Assembly (NCBI RefSeq): GCF_006345805.1 | Contig: NC_043003.1 | Location: 7,440,001-7,504,000, forward strand | Reading direction: 5' to 3' | Source: Octopus sinensis | Taxonomy: Eukaryota | Length of the DNA stretch: 64,000 bases | In this document: in pieces, positions 62,010 to 64,000 of the stretch | How the letters are laid out: every line of letters starts with the position of its first letter | How positions within the stretch are numbered: position 1 is the first letter of the stretch | Program-made: the position numbers and the translations under genes | Notes under the pieces: model-generated | The model's input: only the letters and a program-made list of their open reading frames with translations | What the model was told of the DNA's origin: nothing | Databases searched by the model: none

Positions 62010-63816
62010 CTGAGAACCACTGACCAGATCTGTGTCTGGTGCAAAGTCCCCTCTCGACCTAGAATAACGTGGTGGTGGAACAATGTTGTAGACAGAGCTA
62101 TTAGAGAAAAGAGACAGGCTTGGAAGGACTGGAAGAATGGTGGTAGCAGGGAATTGTAACAGACAGCCAAAAGAGAAGCTAGGAGACAGGTATATTTAGC
62201 CAGAAGGGAAGCAGATAAGAAAAAATTTGCCAATGCTCTGTGCCGTGAGGACCAAAGACTTGAGGTATTCCGTGTTGCAAGACAGTGTGTGAGAGGGAAT
62301 CGTGATGTGGTAGGAGAGAAATGTGTTTGCATGGATGATGGCTCACTTGCGCTGAATGAGGATGCAAAGAGAGAGGTTTGGAGACACCATTATGAGAGGC
62401 TGCTAAATAAGGAAAATGAATGGGATAAAGAGAGTCTGTCGAATGTCGACCCAACAGAGGGACCAGCTATCTAATGTGACAGTTCCTTAGAAGTTAAGGC
62501 AATTAGAAGCATGAAGACAGGTAAAGCCCCAGGCCCATCAGGAATTACTGCAGAGATGCTTAAAATATCTGGTAGTGTCGGCTATAGCCTAGTCACCCAT
62601 ATAGTTAACCAAGTGATACACGAAGGAGTCACACCCAATGACTGGTGTAGCAGCATAATAGTCAACTGCTACAAAGGTAAAGGTGACACTTTAGATACAA
62701 ATAATTGCAGAGGTATCAAGCTGTTGGATCAGGTAATGAAGGTTACAGAGAGGGTCATAGCCCAACTGATTAGGGAAAGAGTTAGCTTGGATGAGATGCA
62801 GTTTGGTTTCATGCCAGGGAAAAGCACCACTGATGCCATATTTCTGGTGAGACAGCCGCAATACCTAGCCAAAGATAACCCCCTGTACCTGGCTTTCGTT
62901 GACATGGAGAAAGCCTTTGACTGGGTCCTCTTATCCCTTATCTGGTGGTTAATGAGGAAACTAGGGATAGATGAATGGTTAGTGAGAGCTGTGCAAGCCA
63001 TGTACAGAGATGATGTAAGTAAGGTGAGGGTTGGCAATGAGTACACTGAAGAATTCAGGGTAGAGGTAGGGGTCCACCAAGGTTCAGTCTTCAGCCCCCT
63101 CCTATTTATCATAGTCCTCCAGGCAATAACGGAGGAATTCAAGACAGGATGCCCCTGGGAGCTCCAATATACTGATGACCTTGCTCTAATTGCTGAGTCA
63201 CTATCAGAACTAGAGGCAAAGTTTCAAGTGTGGAGACAAGGATTAGAATCGAAGGGCCTTAACATCAACCTAGCTAAAACCAAAGTCCTAATATGTAGGA
63301 AGGCAGGTAAATCACAAACGCCTTCAGGTAGATGGCACTGCTCGATCTGTAGAAAAGGTGTAGGTAGAAACTCTATAAGATGCACCAAGTGTAAGCTATG
63401 GACACATAAGAGGTGCAGCAATGTCAAAGGAAGGCTAACTGGGAAGATAGTTTTTGTATGTGGCAGATGCTCAGGAGCAATAAACACTGAAAATGCTCAG
63501 AGACCAACTTCTGCCACATTCCAGGGAGAAAAACTAGAAATTGTTGATAGCTTCCATTACCTAGGTGACCAAATCAGTAGCGGGGGTGGATGTACTTAAA
63601 GTGTAACTGCTAGAGTAAGAATAGCCTGGGCAAAGTTCAGAGAGCTCTTACCTCTGCTGGTGACAAAAGGCCTCTCGCTCAGAGTAAAAGGCGACACAAA
63701 CCCTACTTGTGAAGACTTGTTGAGGCAAATGAAAATCAAAATCAAAATCGATCAACATCAATGGAAATTGTAGCTGTGATACCAGTGCCGGTGGCACATA
63801 AGTGAACCATCCGAAC
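62010..63816 (+). pseudogene. RTE-clade LINE, 5'-truncated and inactivated; RT ORF at 62511-63599 with an embedded Cys/His finger
   Basis: RT motifs (RGIKLL, QFGFMPGKSTTDAIF, AFVDMEKAFD, GVHQGSVFSPLLF, YTDD instead of YADD). Stop codons at 62472 and 63597, and a C-terminal deletion at about 63692. Confidence 0.92.
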
Positions 63817-64000
63817 TGTGGGATGACGTCAGCAGCTGGACGTCAGCAGCCGGGTGCGTTGACCGGAAGCTGGGGCAAGCGGAAATTGCGCCCTTTCCAA
63901 CGTGGGTCGTGCAGGTGACAAGACGTGTGAGGACATCGTTAAGGGTTTGGGCTAGCAGCTGCTATCGTTAGTGTTTGGGTCGGGGCTGTGAGGAAGGACT
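63817..64000 (+). mobile_element. Start of a CpG-rich insertion (possible LTR) interrupting the RTE 3' UTR; truncated by the window end
   Basis: The RTE UTR breaks at CCATCCGAAC|TGTGGGATGACGTCA. It begins with TG and retains many CpGs. Confidence 0.45.

Overview
Eukaryotic, AT-rich, repeat-dense DNA. The SINE/RTE repertoire and (TA)n/(GAT)n load suggest an octopus or other coleoid genome (inference). The only host gene content I can support is a tandem pair of M20A metallo-dipeptidase genes (CNDP2/Dug1-like), both on the minus strand and both cut by the window edges. Copy B has coding exons 1-8 (21634 down to 2335) and copy A has exons 6-14 (61927 down to the stop at 43357). All 17 exons have GT-AG boundaries and matching phases; exons 1-14 add up to 471 aa. 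Copy A carries non-canonical residues beside the metal ligands. The rest is transposon-derived: RTE LINEs and their (GAT)n-tailed 3' ends, several tRNA-derived SINE families, CR1, Penelope and RLE-LINE remnants, mariner relics, TTAA MITEs, Tigger-like MITEs and non-autonomous Helitrons. The most unusual element is a recurring short retroelement joining a tRNA-like Pol III head to a minimal hammerhead-ribozyme module, in inverted-arm form with 12-13 bp target-site duplications. Two other hammerhead-like families and several long palindromes are also present. No database search or folding could be run; family names come from motif recognition, and TE boundaries are approximate unless a TSD or terminus is quoted.
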